A DNA stretch of 64,000 nucleotides from a virus (Duplodnaviria; Heunggongvirae; Uroviricota; Caudoviricetes): IMG/VR virus record IMGVR_UViG_3300018080_004888, positions 1-64,000 of that record. One strand, 5' to 3'. The position numbers and the translations under genes were made by a program. The notes under the pieces are model-generated. The model had not been told where the DNA came from, made no database searches, and saw nothing but the letters and a program-made list of their open reading frames with translations. Below, piece by piece: positions 11,342 to 22,165 of the stretch. How positions within the stretch are numbered: the stretch's first letter is position 1; each line of letters starts with the position of its first letter.

Positions 11342-11689
11342 TATTCTCCTTTTATTCGCCTGCTATTTCCAAACCTGTCGGCGGAAGAACAATTCCGCTA
11401 CCGAATTGTTGATTGTAGCCATTCCTGATCTCATCATCGGGCTCGCCAATGTAAACAACATGTTCTTTTCGAACGGTGATCTTGTCGTCTTTCATGAGAG
11501 GATTCAACGGCCCCAATCCAATTCCTTCTCTGGTGGCGATGATTCGAGTCGGATTCTTGAGAACATATTCTCCATCCTTCTCTTCTACTTCACTCAAAAC
11601 GTCTTCGCCGCTGACCAGCTTGATAAATTTGATGTTCATAGTTTTACCTTTTTACTCTATTAGATCGACTACATTTATTAGAGTGACCT

Positions 11690-12532
11690 ATGGAAGAAAC
11701 GATTTACGACTATTTTAAGGATAAATACGAAAATTGCAATACCTATATTCGCCTCGGAGATATAGCATATTCTAAAGATGATTGGGAACAAGCTATTTGG
11801 TGGTATCAAATAGCTAATTTCAACTGCCAGCGTACACTAGATGCCTGGGATAAGCTCTCGATGGCCTTCCATCATTTTGGTGATAAACCTGCGGCTGCTC
11901 ACGCTGTCAGAATGGCATTAAAATACGATATGTCAGAAAACAGGCGTAAAAGGCTCAAGAAAAACCTCTACATTTTCGATCCCAAGACCATCAACGACGA
12001 TCCCGAATACTACGACCAATTCTGGACCGACCATCCAGATCCCAAAAGCCTGGAAAAACTCAGAATTGAGGAAATGGCTGAGATGATCTCCAAGGATCGA
12101 ACCGTTTTGGATGTCGGATGCGGCCCAGGGTGGCTGATTGACCATCTAGAACCTCACGTTCGGTATATGGGAATTGATTTTTCGCCTGTTGCCCGAGACA
12201 TGGTTGCCAAACGCGGGGGAGAAGCCGCTAAAAGCCTCGATGATGTCGATGATAACTGGCAAGTTGTCGTTCTCGGAGAAATCTTAGAGCATATTGATGA
12301 CGATGTTGGATTTCTCAAAAAAGCAGCGAAAAAATTGGTGGAAAATGGACATCTCTTAGTAAGTGTGCCGCGACATGGAGCGATGAAAGATTCTGCCCAT
12401 GTTAGGGACTATACCGCCGAGGAATTGAATGAAAAGCTGGGGAAAGTGGGCATTATTGTAGATTCTAAGACCTTCAAACAATGGGAAATAAGAAAGGTTC
12501 AATGGCTGGGATATCCTATGGAATACCCATAG
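11690..12532 (+). CDS. Class I SAM-dependent methyltransferase with an N-terminal helical (TPR-like) region.
   Basis: Motif I VLDVGCGPGW and an acidic post-I region. First gene of the plus-strand cluster. Confidence 0.55.
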   Translation: MEETIYDYFKDKYENCNTYIRLGDIAYSKDDWEQAIWWYQIANFNCQRTLDAWDKLSMAFHHFGDKPAAAHAVRMALKYDMSENRRKRLKKNLYIFDPKTINDDPEYYDQFWTDHPDPKSLEKLRIEEMAEMISKDRTVLDVGCGPGWLIDHLEPHVRYMGIDFSPVARDMVAKRGGEAAKSLDDVDDNWQVVVLGEILEHIDDDVGFLKKAAKKLVENGHLLVSVPRHGAMKDSAHVRDYTAEELNEKLGKVGIIVDSKTFKQWEIRKVQWLGYPMEYP

Positions 12533-12548
12533 ATATCTGAGAGGTTCT

Positions 12549-13118
12549 ATGACCATCAAAATCAAGAAACTGTTCGAAGAAAACCCAAATGTCGGCCTGG
12601 AAGAGGCGTATCAATTTGTGGCAAAAGAGGCGGTTGATATCTATGAGCATTGTCCAACTCTCGTTTCCTATGCTCAACAGTGTAATCATGTCACGGAAAT
12701 GGGTACTAGATGGGGGGCTTCGACAATTGCTTTTCTATATGCCCAGCCAAAATACTTGGTAGCTTATGATTGGAAGAAGCAATCAACTGTCAATTACATA
12801 GCTGCCTTGGCGGGTAAAACGGAGTTTTCGTTTCTCCCGTGTTCTACGCTAGAGGTGGAGATTGATGAGACGGACTTACTCTTCATAGATACTCTGCACA
12901 CTTACGAGCAACTTAAAGCAGAATTGTCTCTACATTGTGGGAAGGCTAAGAAGTACATCATAATGCACGACACAGTAAAGTTCGGCAAAAAAGGACAGAG
13001 AGACGACGAAATAGGTCTTGGCCCTGCGTTGAAGGAATTCTTGGATGTTAATGATGATTGGCGATTGCACGAACACTTCACAAACAACAACGGTTTGACG
13101 GTACTAAGGAGAAAATAA
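12549..13118 (+). CDS. Putative methyltransferase (TylF/MycF-like class I fold).
   Basis: EMGTRWGASTIAF and FIDTLHTYEQ motifs resemble macrocin-O-MT-type methyltransferases. Confidence 0.45.
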   Translation: MTIKIKKLFEENPNVGLEEAYQFVAKEAVDIYEHCPTLVSYAQQCNHVTEMGTRWGASTIAFLYAQPKYLVAYDWKKQSTVNYIAALAGKTEFSFLPCSTLEVEIDETDLLFIDTLHTYEQLKAELSLHCGKAKKYIIMHDTVKFGKKGQRDDEIGLGPALKEFLDVNDDWRLHEHFTNNNGLTVLRRK

Positions 13119-13696
13119 TGATAGAAGGTCACTACAAAGATTGGCAGATAAAGATTCTAGAGGAAACGGTGGACCATATTCGTGATGTGAAGGACGGAAT
13201 CATCATGGAAATTGGTTGCTGGAAAGGTAAAAGTACGGCGGCAATTGCTAATAAAGTCGCACCAGAAATCCTTCATGCGGTTGATACATGGCAAGGGAAT
13301 ATTGACGAACAGACCGTTACCGGAAAACTGCACCCCACGGTAAGAGAAGCCAGCAAAACAAATATCTTTGAGATATTCCAGAAGAATATGGCCGACCACA
13401 CAAAGGGCAATGTTCTCCCTCACAAAATGGATTGCTTCGATTATCTCGGTGAACTAGATCAAAAAGTTAAATTCTGTCATATCGATGGCTCTCATGACTA
13501 TCCCTCTGTCAAAAAGACCATCGAGATGTTGTTGCCTAAAATGGCAGAGAATGGAATTCTCTGTGGTGACGATTTTAAGTCGGCCCACGCCGGAAGAGAG
13601 GATCTTCAAGGCGGGGTCGAAAGAGCCGTGCGGGAATGTTTGCCCGATTTCAAATTCATACGCAATTTTTGGTGGTGGGTTAATGAGAGTATTTAG
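13118..13696 (+). CDS. Class I SAM-dependent methyltransferase (TylF/MycF-like).
   Basis: MEIGCWKGKSTAAIA and DGSHDY motifs. Start chosen at MIEGHYKDW. Confidence 0.5.
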   Translation: MIEGHYKDWQIKILEETVDHIRDVKDGIIMEIGCWKGKSTAAIANKVAPEILHAVDTWQGNIDEQTVTGKLHPTVREASKTNIFEIFQKNMADHTKGNVLPHKMDCFDYLGELDQKVKFCHIDGSHDYPSVKKTIEMLLPKMAENGILCGDDFKSAHAGREDLQGGVERAVRECLPDFKFIRNFWWWVNESI

Positions 13697-14462
13697 CTGC
13701 TCCCCTTTTATGAACGAATTCGACCTACTCGATCTCAAGATCGCGGAGGAGTCGGATGTCGTAGATGAAATTTACATCATCGAGTCGAACCAGACACTAC
13801 ACTGTAATCCTAAACCCATGAATCTCCGCAATAGAAGCGAAGATTACGAGGGTAAAGTGCATATCTGTGGGATTGAAAGCGAGTTTAATCCGAACGATCA
13901 TTACAACAATGATACTATTCAAAAGGACTCCATTCTAAAATTTTTCGAATATGGCGATGCCGATGTGTTGCTTTGTGCAGACATCGACGAGGTTTTCAAA
14001 AAAGAAGAGATCCCCCGCATCGTAGAAGAAGCCCAAAAACACGGATTTGTGAAACTAAGACAACATCTCTTTTACTACAAAATCAATCTGAGACGTAGCC
14101 CCAAAAAAGGATGGAAATCAGCCTTTGCGATCACAGGTAAAAAGATGAAGGAGTTTAAGGGGCAAATACACAAACTTCGTAGAACAGATGGCCCGTCCAT
14201 CGAAACAGACGGGAAGCACTTTAGCTATCTGATGACACCTGAATTGATCGCCTACAAGATCAACAACGCAGGGCATCCAGAATACATGAAAGACAAATTC
14301 ACCAACATCAAGACAATAGAGGATAAGATAGCCAATCAAATAGACCCCTTCAATCGAAAAGCAAATGGGGAACTTATTCGACTTGAAAAGGTCGCAGTCG
14401 ATGAAACATATCCCCAGACAATCCTCAACAACCTGGATTATTGGAAAAAACACATCGCATGA
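13683..14462 (+). CDS. Glycosyltransferase family 17-like (beta-1,4-N-acetylglucosaminyltransferase fold).
   Basis: N-terminus MRVFSCSPFMNEFDLLDLKIAE..VDEIYIIESNQT...KPMNL matches the GT17 (PF04724) N-terminal signature FFNELDLLELR..VD.FVLVES...KPL. Confidence 0.55.
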   Translation: MRVFSCSPFMNEFDLLDLKIAEESDVVDEIYIIESNQTLHCNPKPMNLRNRSEDYEGKVHICGIESEFNPNDHYNNDTIQKDSILKFFEYGDADVLLCADIDEVFKKEEIPRIVEEAQKHGFVKLRQHLFYYKINLRRSPKKGWKSAFAITGKKMKEFKGQIHKLRRTDGPSIETDGKHFSYLMTPELIAYKINNAGHPEYMKDKFTNIKTIEDKIANQIDPFNRKANGELIRLEKVAVDETYPQTILNNLDYWKKHIA

Positions 14463-15094
14463 AAGTAAAAGAAGCAGAAATCAAAGAAATACGAAGAATC
14501 GTTGATCGGATTAACGACGAAGGAGACTACTTCTACGAAAGGCTCCATAAGGGGCAAAAGCATACGATGTTTTTCAACTTCTGGGAGAAACATTACGAGT
14601 GGACTGAGCTAAAAAATTTTCCCGAAATCGGCGGGCACATCATGGATTTCGGGTGCGGTTCAGGACATTCGGATGTTTTGTTAGCGGCAAATGGATACAA
14701 AGTTCATGGAATCGACAACAGTAGGACAGGTATCGCCATAGCGGAGTATCTACGCAAAATTCAACCAGAAGGAATTCGAAAGAATGTAAGTTTCGAATGC
14801 CTCAATATCGACAAAGACACAACAGAAAGAGATGTCAAATACGACAGCGTATGGTCAGCCCACGTCTTCGAACACATAGAAGATCCTACGGAGGTTTTCT
14901 TGGGACTAAAAAAACTGGTAAAACCGAAGGCGAAAATGTTGATCTCAGTACCTTACCGCGATTGCTACAAGCATCCAACCCATGTCCATTACTGGTATAG
15001 CGATAAAGAACTAAGGGTTTTTCTTGGACAATTCATTGAAGTGATCGATGTAAAAGTCAGGACACCAGTTCTACGAGCTTTATGTGTTTTTTAG
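14441..15094 (+). CDS. Class I SAM-dependent methyltransferase.
   Basis: Motif I DFGCGSGHSDVLLA followed by an acidic loop GIDNS. Confidence 0.6.
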   Translation: MEKTHRMKVKEAEIKEIRRIVDRINDEGDYFYERLHKGQKHTMFFNFWEKHYEWTELKNFPEIGGHIMDFGCGSGHSDVLLAANGYKVHGIDNSRTGIAIAEYLRKIQPEGIRKNVSFECLNIDKDTTERDVKYDSVWSAHVFEHIEDPTEVFLGLKKLVKPKAKMLISVPYRDCYKHPTHVHYWYSDKELRVFLGQFIEVIDVKVRTPVLRALCVF

Positions 15095-15742
15095 GCTGTA
15101 GTCGGCCACTTCCAAAACCTTTGGATCTAATCGGGTATTGATATACTTCCTTTGCTTTTTGGTTATCTGCATCTCGACCTTCTTGAATTTCTCGTTTGTG
15201 ATCTTTGCTCCTGGGGCTATTCGCTTCTTGACTACTTGTAGATCGGAATGCCGTCTTGTTAGATCGAATTGCTTCTCTATGTTTTCTAGCAAAGGAATTT
15301 GATTGTTTTTCATGTCCTCTGCTTTGAATTGTTGTACGGCGGTAGGATCATCGAACATTGTGAGCCAATGATATGTCAGCTTGTTAAATTTGGTTATAGG
15401 ATCATTATCGCCCTCTTCATTACGATAATGCCATGACGGCTTTCTTAGAAAATCATCGAAGGTTTTTCTCTGTCGCTTGCTTGATGTTTCAAATCGATAG
15501 AGAGAAATCAGCCAGTCATACGGATCTTTCGTGCAAATAACGAACTTCATATCATCCGTATCAACTGCGGGGTGATGGTATGTTTTCTTCCTCTTAATAA
15601 CTCGCCCTTTGAAGGTATTTTCCCCATGCTTCCAGCACGGGAAGTTTGTCCAAAGGACGATGCCCTTGAAGTTTGTTTTCAGGACGACCTCTACAACATT
15701 CGTACATGTTCTGGGCAGTCCAAATAGCTTGATAACAACCAT
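15080..15742 (-). CDS. Putative sulfotransferase.
   Basis: 5-PSB-like motif GLPRTCTN near the N-terminus and a 3-PB-like motif ICTKDPYDWLISLY. Confidence 0.45.
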   Translation of the reverse strand: MVVIKLFGLPRTCTNVVEVVLKTNFKGIVLWTNFPCWKHGENTFKGRVIKRKKTYHHPAVDTDDMKFVICTKDPYDWLISLYRFETSSKRQRKTFDDFLRKPSWHYRNEEGDNDPITKFNKLTYHWLTMFDDPTAVQQFKAEDMKNNQIPLLENIEKQFDLTRRHSDLQVVKKRIAPGAKITNEKFKKVEMQITKKQRKYINTRLDPKVLEVADYSLKNT

Positions 15743-15791
15743 TTTCCTGTCTTATAGTAGTTAGTTTCGCTCACAAAATGATAACTATAGT

Positions 15792-16496
15792 ATGGCCCTA
15801 ATCCTTCCAAATAGTGCGATGATCCACATCCCCAAAACGGGCGGCACGTTTTGTCGGCAAGCAGTCAAGGCGATGAACATGTATCATTTCGAGAGTGGCC
15901 CTGGTCATCTGAATAACGACACAAGAAAGCATTTGGGAATCGATTCGGTTTATAATGATGTAATGCTAGACGATTGGAGAAAAGAAAAACCCAAGCCGAA
16001 AAAGAGATTGGTTTTCAGTTTCGTCAGAAATCCCGTCACATGGCTACAAAGCAAGTGGGCCTATGCTATGTCTCAAGGGGCGATAGATAGATGGATTGAA
16101 GAGAAAAAGAAGGGAAGCCAGAGATTCGAAGCACAATGCTTTTGTCGCGATTTTCAAGAATTCATAGAACGCTATCTGACTTATAGACCGAAACTTGTAT
16201 TTAACGCAATGCTTGGTCGTCTCGGCTACCATGTGGTTGAGGGCGAATGGGTTGAGGGCGACAAGAAGGTGGATTTCATTGGCAAAACAGAGAACCTTCG
16301 AGAAGATCTAGTCAAAGTTCTAGAATTAGCCAATGAGGATTTCGATAAATCGATCATTCTCAATTTGCCGGATTTTAGGGTGACATCGAAATCGGATGAA
16401 TGGAAAGAGAAATGTCAATACACGCCTGATTTGCGAAAACGCGTAATTGAGGCCAACCTGCCCTTATTGGAGATGTTTGACTACCCAATCGACTAG
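15792..16496 (+). CDS. Sulfotransferase, Sulfotransfer_2-like.
   Basis: IHIPKTGGT PAPS-binding motif, characteristic of carbohydrate sulfotransferases. Confidence 0.55.
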   Translation: MALILPNSAMIHIPKTGGTFCRQAVKAMNMYHFESGPGHLNNDTRKHLGIDSVYNDVMLDDWRKEKPKPKKRLVFSFVRNPVTWLQSKWAYAMSQGAIDRWIEEKKKGSQRFEAQCFCRDFQEFIERYLTYRPKLVFNAMLGRLGYHVVEGEWVEGDKKVDFIGKTENLREDLVKVLELANEDFDKSIILNLPDFRVTSKSDEWKEKCQYTPDLRKRVIEANLPLLEMFDYPID

Positions 16497-17086
16497 AACT
16501 TATAGCCGAACAGTTCGATGTCTCTTGCGTATGCTTTGCGTATAAGTTTTCTGGTGGGCCTATCGTAATAATGAGCGTATCTTTTGTGCTTGGTTTTGTT
16601 TACGTGCGGCAGTTCTTTTTTGATTCCGATGACCCGCTTGATGTTAGAAAAGTCTTTTCGCAAATTCTCAAACTTGCCAACAAAGCTAACAGCCATTTCT
16701 CCTTTTTCGTTAGTCAGCCAATCGACTTGCTCGCTATTGACCACATGCATATGGACAGAGACTTTGTGTGGTTGGGCTAACCACCACTTAACGTATCCTC
16801 GGAAATCATTGGCTAGAAAGAACTCGGCCATTGGCCGCTTGAGCAAACGTGGTTCCCTTTTAGTTCTTTGGAACCAAAACTTCCTGGTGAAAAAGTAGAG
16901 AGAAACCATTCGACACCAGGGATTGCGTACAAACGCAAAAGAGAATCGGTCTAGGAAGAAATCTTCTCCATAGTCCCTAATAACTCTGCTTGCAGGAGCA
17001 TGTTTATGCACCAAACAATTTTTGGGAAGCGTCTGTTGGATGCTGCTTCCAGCATTCTTCGGGATGTGGATGAATATACCTTTCAC
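16493..17086 (-). CDS. Sulfotransferase, Sulfotransfer_2-like.
   Basis: IFIHIPKNAGSSI N-terminal motif. Paralogous to 15792..16496. Confidence 0.5.
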   Translation of the reverse strand: MKGIFIHIPKNAGSSIQQTLPKNCLVHKHAPASRVIRDYGEDFFLDRFSFAFVRNPWCRMVSLYFFTRKFWFQRTKREPRLLKRPMAEFFLANDFRGYVKWWLAQPHKVSVHMHVVNSEQVDWLTNEKGEMAVSFVGKFENLRKDFSNIKRVIGIKKELPHVNKTKHKRYAHYYDRPTRKLIRKAYARDIELFGYKF

Positions 17087-17755
17087 ATAGGTATTTATGG
17101 TTAATGGGAGGTCTTTACCACCTTAATCCTACGCTCCCATTGTTTCTTCCTAATTCTCATCCGTTCCGCGAGAAAAACATTGGCGGGACTGTGTTCTTTA
17201 TCCCAAATCTCACCGTCGATATCGACTTGAACCATGAAGAGGTTTTCGATTTTACGAAAACGACCGGTGAATCTTTTAAGGTCTTCAAATGACGCCATTA
17301 TATGAAAACCAGACGTATAAGGGGTGGCGGTCTTTCTGCTGCCGTCATGGACGGTTTTGACTTCCGCATCGATCCACTCATCGAGAGGCAAAATGCGACT
17401 ACCGCCCACACCATGAAATAAGGTAGTGGGTACACCGTCTTTATCTCTCAACAGTCTCCAGTATTTCTTTACCAATACTCGTCGTCCATCAAGTGCTTAT
17501 TTCTGCTCGCCTTATAACCCGTCCTCTTAACCGTGCCCTCGGATTTTTTTGAGTTGTATGGTGTGGCACAAGTATGGCAGAGAAATTTCGAATCAATAAT
17601 ACGAGCGGCGGGCTTTCCGCATTTATAACATCTTCTGCCCGCAAAAACGTTTTCTACCAAATCCTGCGTACTCTGTTCCAAATCCAAAGAGTACGTTTTC
17701 TCCATTTTGTCACTCCTTCAACAAAAATTAAGATTTAGAAAACACGCTGGTCTCC

Positions 17756-18211
17756 TTAGTTATTCTCATGCCTAAACCAAGAAAATTGCGATTTACGACC
17801 AAGCTCAAGCCGATTCGATTTGGTCATGGGTTGTATTTGCCCAATGTAGGAAACAGGACGGAATTCTGGCCCTTGTGCGACTTCGACATATGCGACTTCA
17901 ACATAACACAATCCCCAAAACGCTCCCCTATATGCATAGGGAAAGAACCCTATCACGTAGTCCTCTCGATTCAGCCAAGCCTCGTAGACTTTAGGCATAA
18001 TGTCATCATCAAAAATGAGGTCATTCTGCACGATCTCTTCAATATTTTCTAGCTGTCCATTCTCGTCAAATCGAATGACAGGAACTCCATCGGGCGGTTC
18101 TGTTAGAACGGGCTCTCCTATATCGCTTAATTCCGACTCAGGACGAGGAAATGACGCACCGGCAAGCAAGGGAGCAGCGGCCATACCCCCAAGGAATTCG
18201 CGTCGATCCAT
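17756..18211 (-). CDS. Tat-signal secreted hypothetical protein (family member 6).
   Basis: MDRREFLGGMAAAPLLAGA N-terminus. Confidence 0.5.
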   Translation of the reverse strand: MDRREFLGGMAAAPLLAGASFPRPESELSDIGEPVLTEPPDGVPVIRFDENGQLENIEEIVQNDLIFDDDIMPKVYEAWLNREDYVIGFFPYAYRGAFWGLCYVEVAYVEVAQGPEFRPVSYIGQIQPMTKSNRLELGRKSQFSWFRHENN

Positions 18212-18681
18212 TTCAATCTCCTTTAGTCGATGTCATACTCAGTCACCGTTTCTTTGGCCTCGGGCATCACGACCTCGCCCTTGATTATCATCACCTTATG
18301 GACTCCATCCTTAACATATTCGGGATCAAGCTCTTCCATGCTCTTGCAGTAAACAATTTCTATCCGCTCCCAATCCTCTGATGTCTCCATGTTGCGTAGC
18401 GATTTAAGAACTGCCGCTTTAGTCATAGGGTTGGAGATTCCCCAACCATCTACCGACGCTTCGACCATGAAGTAGCTCATTTTCGACACCTCAACAATCA
18501 GGACTTGTATAACGCGTATCCATCGCCATTTTCATCTCTAGTTCGTTTGCTTGAGCCTTCTCGAAGCCCTTCAAGTATCCGAGATCTTTTCCCTTTCTTT
18601 CTCCCCAAGCATATCCAAAAAGAAGGCCCAAAGCCAATCCGCTAAAAAACACTATAGAGCAGCCAAGAGTAAAACCCAAAC

Positions 18682-19281
18682 TCATTTTCGACACCTCACA
18701 TAACAATCTTGCATTTCGATCTCAGAGAAAATGTATTTCAAAGCCTCCCCCCAAGAAGGATAACAAGTTGCTGCATATATTCCATCCCTTTTCAAAAGAC
18801 GGCGGGCCTCCAAGCCTGCCAACAAAAACAGATCCTTCTGCCATGTAGGGTTAGACCTCATCCGTGGCGAATCAGGGGTCAATATACAGTCGAAGGATTC
18901 ATCCGACAAGGGCACCTCTCTGGCATCAGCGGCTAGGAAATTGGGCATCCTTTTACTACGTACCCCTTCTAGCCTAGCTTGCCTCCGATAGTTTTCCTCA
19001 TACACATACCGCCAACCTGCATCGAGAGAATAATGGATATCCAAAGCCGTCAAACGATCAGGATAAGCGAGCCTTTTCGCAAAAATTGCAGTTGCCATAT
19101 TGGAACCAGCAAACATCTCCAAAACCGTTTGCCCCTTGCGGAGATTGGCATAATTCATCAATTGGCGGATCTTGTCGCGGCTGATCCTGTTCAAAGCGTT
19201 CGGTAAATTCTCTCCTTCTACTACTGTCGATATAATTGCTTTGGCACCCAGATGTGAGTTGGGCAAAATCTCTTTTCGCAT
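18682..19281 (-). CDS. Possible methyltransferase-fold protein.
   Basis: VLEMFAGSNMATAIF resembles the motif I (DLFAGSG) of several methyltransferases. Weak. Confidence 0.3.
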   Translation of the reverse strand: MRKEILPNSHLGAKAIISTVVEGENLPNALNRISRDKIRQLMNYANLRKGQTVLEMFAGSNMATAIFAKRLAYPDRLTALDIHYSLDAGWRYVYEENYRRQARLEGVRSKRMPNFLAADAREVPLSDESFDCILTPDSPRMRSNPTWQKDLFLLAGLEARRLLKRDGIYAATCYPSWGEALKYIFSEIEMQDCYVRCRK

Positions 19282-19911
19282 TTTATTCCTGCCAAAATAG
19301 CCAAAATATTACGTCTATTCCTTAAACAAATTTATTAAGAATTCTCTGCGATCCTTTGTTCCTCCAACCATCTTAAAGTTTCTTCGAATCTTTGCCAATC
19401 ATCGCCTCGCCAATGTCGGCTGCTTCCGTCTGGAAGTTTATTGCGGAGGCAGTGACGGCAGGTTACTTCGTGCCAGTAAAACCGTTGGCTAGTGTCGGCT
19501 GTCTGAATCGAGCCGTCTGCCCACGGGCATCCGTGGTAGAAATGTCGTGTTCTCATTTTCCTCGATCAATGTCACTACGGTGGCAAATGTTTGCATGGGA
19601 ATCTTAATGGTATGAATATAGGACAACGTATTCTTTGACGATAGGGGAATGTCTCCTGGCTTTACGTCTTTCCACCATATAACGACCTCTTTATCGTCGG
19701 CCCAGAATTCCAATGTATCGCTGGTATTATTGGACAATACATCACCAATCAAATGTTTTTTCTCAGACATCTTCTTTTCTTTTGATTTTGTATTCTAGTT
19801 CACCGCACCAATTTTTGGGTTTGGGGGCTCCTCCCTCGCAAATCTTCCGTCCTATCCATTCCATTATGAGGATGGGGCCAAATACGACGTAGAAAATGGC
19901 TTTCCAAAACA

Positions 19912-20220
19912 TTACTTTAGAGCAAGTCTGAAAACGTTGCCCTTCCCATCATTAAACTCAAACTCGCCACCAGCTTGCAACATAAAGGTAACCCGTTCCC
20001 TCACATTTCCAATCGAGAACTTTTCTCCGTCACCAAACTGAAAATAAAGCTCAGGATCTTCACTGGACTCGCGTACAGGCTCGGCCTTTAGGGTCGTGCC
20101 GGTATTGTGGATAATTGCCTTGCTGGTTGTCCAGTACGGATTACCTGTCGCTTTTGTTGGCAGAAGAGCCGCTGCGGCGGGAACCGCCGCAGCGGCTCCT
20201 ATAAATTCTCTTCGGTTCAT
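19912..20220 (-). CDS. Tat-signal secreted hypothetical protein (family member 7).
   Basis: MNRREFIGAAAAVPAAAALLP N-terminus. Confidence 0.5.
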   Translation of the reverse strand: MNRREFIGAAAAVPAAAALLPTKATGNPYWTTSKAIIHNTGTTLKAEPVRESSEDPELYFQFGDGEKFSIGNVRERVTFMLQAGGEFEFNDGKGNVFRLALK

Positions 20221-20645
20221 TAGACTAACTCCCTATACTCAGATAACATCTCCTCGCCATAATCGTGGAGATAGTGATGAATAAGTTCAACGCTTCTTTG
20301 GCGACCTGGAAATGGGATGCTCATCCGCACTTTCCTCTTTGACATAACCATCGCTGTGTGGGCGGTCACGCATCCCGAAAAGACCTGGGGCGGGTTGGGG
20401 AAACGACCGATCTTCGTTTCGTTCTCTATCAATTCCTCAAAGGCTATTTGCCAACCCTCTTCCAAGTAATCTTCGAAGTCTTCCCAATGATCTGGGTCGA
20501 GATGCCCTCGACTATAGTCAAAGCATTCATCCCTAAATTCTTCGAACTCATCCATAATTTCTTGAGGCTTCCTGTCCTTCAAAAACGCGTCGGGGAAAAA
20601 GAGGGCGGCAATAGCGGCACCAAGAAACTCTCTTCGTTTGGTCAT
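20220..20645 (-). CDS. Tat-signal hypothetical protein (family member 8).
   Basis: MTKRREFLGAAIAALFFP N-terminus. Confidence 0.45.
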   Translation of the reverse strand: MTKRREFLGAAIAALFFPDAFLKDRKPQEIMDEFEEFRDECFDYSRGHLDPDHWEDFEDYLEEGWQIAFEELIENETKIGRFPNPPQVFSGCVTAHTAMVMSKRKVRMSIPFPGRQRSVELIHHYLHDYGEEMLSEYRELV

Positions 20646-21424
20646 CCTTCAACTCCATCTAGTAAAAGTTCCCAATTATCACCTTTGAGTAATGTGATAG
20701 AATCATACCAGTTGTATTCCCACCTAGCGTCGGCATCGGGACTAAGCAAAGCGTAAGTTTTCTTGCCCATTGCCCCAGCAAGATGGAGAATCGCCGTATC
20801 AACACTAACGACGTAATCGACCGCGTTGATTCCTTTGGCGGTATCGAAGAAGTCATTGATGGTCAATCCAAACAAATAGTCCCAATCATCACATCCTTCA
20901 AGGAGATCTATTCGGCGGATTTCCTTTTGGAGCCCAATCAGATTGCCATCCAGTTTGCCGAAATACTTAAGAGGGCAATCGCGATTGGGATTAGAAGGGC
21001 CACTCTCCCAACAAATGCCAATATTCTTTCCAGGAGGAAGGTCTTCTTTCAAGGCGATATGCAGATACGGATCGCCACTTGGCTTCATTTGATCGAGCAG
21101 GAAAGGCAGGCTCATTGAAAGAACGTGGACATCATGTTCTGGAAGGTTGGAGTCTAATTTGTCGTAAAGATCGACTCCCCAACCTTGAGAGGCAACGAGT
21201 CTTCGGATGGGCTCGGGGCAATGCAGAATTACCTCGCAGCCCCTTTTCTGGAGAAGGGGGATGTACCTCAAGAACTGAATTATATCTCCGTATCCTTGTT
21301 CACAATAAACAAGGACCGTCTTGCCCTCGATACTACCCACACCGTCCCAACGCACACTATTTTGATAAGCGTGCCTGTAATACTCCATTTTCGGATGAGC
21401 AATCCGTTCTTTGATCGGGTCCAT
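20642..21424 (-). CDS. Possible GT9-like (heptosyltransferase-fold) glycosyltransferase.
   Basis: KTVLVYCEQGYGDIIQF and VSVDTAILHLAGAMGKKTYALL resemble the GT9 N- and C-terminal motifs. The protein is short (260 aa). Confidence 0.35.
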   Translation of the reverse strand: MDPIKERIAHPKMEYYRHAYQNSVRWDGVGSIEGKTVLVYCEQGYGDIIQFLRYIPLLQKRGCEVILHCPEPIRRLVASQGWGVDLYDKLDSNLPEHDVHVLSMSLPFLLDQMKPSGDPYLHIALKEDLPPGKNIGICWESGPSNPNRDCPLKYFGKLDGNLIGLQKEIRRIDLLEGCDDWDYLFGLTINDFFDTAKGINAVDYVVSVDTAILHLAGAMGKKTYALLSPDADARWEYNWYDSITLLKGDNWELLLDGVEG

Positions 21425-21665
21425 CGTTTCGGCTTAATGGGATAACAGAAATAGGGGAAGAAGTGGATCGGCCCACCAATACCATATATTCTTGCTCCGT
21501 TTCCTTGTCGGTAACCACATAAATGATAAACCGACCCGCCTTTCCCTCCTCTAATACCGTGAATCTTATCTCGGCAGACTGAATAAGTTCAGGCGTAGAT
21601 TTAGCGGGAGGTGGGCATCCGACAAAGCAAACCAAAAGAGCCAAGCACAATACAATCCTGAGCAT
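21357..21665 (-). CDS. Putative lipoprotein.
   Basis: N-terminus MLRIVLCLALLVCFVGC, a lipobox-like motif. Confidence 0.35.
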   Translation of the reverse strand: MLRIVLCLALLVCFVGCPPPAKSTPELIQSAEIRFTVLEEGKAGRFIIYVVTDKETEQEYMVLVGRSTSSPISVIPLSRNDGPDQRTDCSSENGVLQARLSK

Positions 21666-22165
21666 TAGAGCATTCCTTTCGTGATACCGTCAAAGAGCAT
21701 CGAGAAAAAATCAGCATTAGAAGGCATAGGAACCACGGGCTTGTGCCCGAGAAGTTCCTCGACTTGTTCTTGATGTTTCTTCCACTCTTCGACGGTCTTT
21801 CTTCTCTCATCGAAACATTCATCCAACTCGATGTTTGTGTGGTCATAGAAAGCACACTCGAAAGGCTTCACGGGATGAATAGCACACAATTCATTTTCAT
21901 CAAAGAAGACGCATGTCCCGCGAGGCTCAAACGGATACATTTCTCCTGGTTCCATTCCTTTTCTGGCTGGGGCGAGAAGAAACGTAAATATCTCTAGAGC
22001 TTCTTCGGGAGACCAATAATCGACCGCGAGGAATTTATCGAAAAAATCTTGAAGCGGAAGACCCAGGTATTCAGCGGCTCTTTCAGGCTCACCTGGGCGG
22101 AACCATCCCGGTCGGTGGCGACATGCAGAGCGGCAGATTTCGCATTTGCACTCCATTGGCTTCAA
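21665..22165 (-). CDS. Cys-rich hypothetical protein.
   Basis: ORF of 166 aa with a CKCEICRSACRH N-terminus. Confidence 0.3.
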   Translation of the reverse strand: MKPMECKCEICRSACRHRPGWFRPGEPERAAEYLGLPLQDFFDKFLAVDYWSPEEALEIFTFLLAPARKGMEPGEMYPFEPRGTCVFFDENELCAIHPVKPFECAFYDHTNIELDECFDERRKTVEEWKKHQEQVEELLGHKPVVPMPSNADFFSMLFDGITKGML

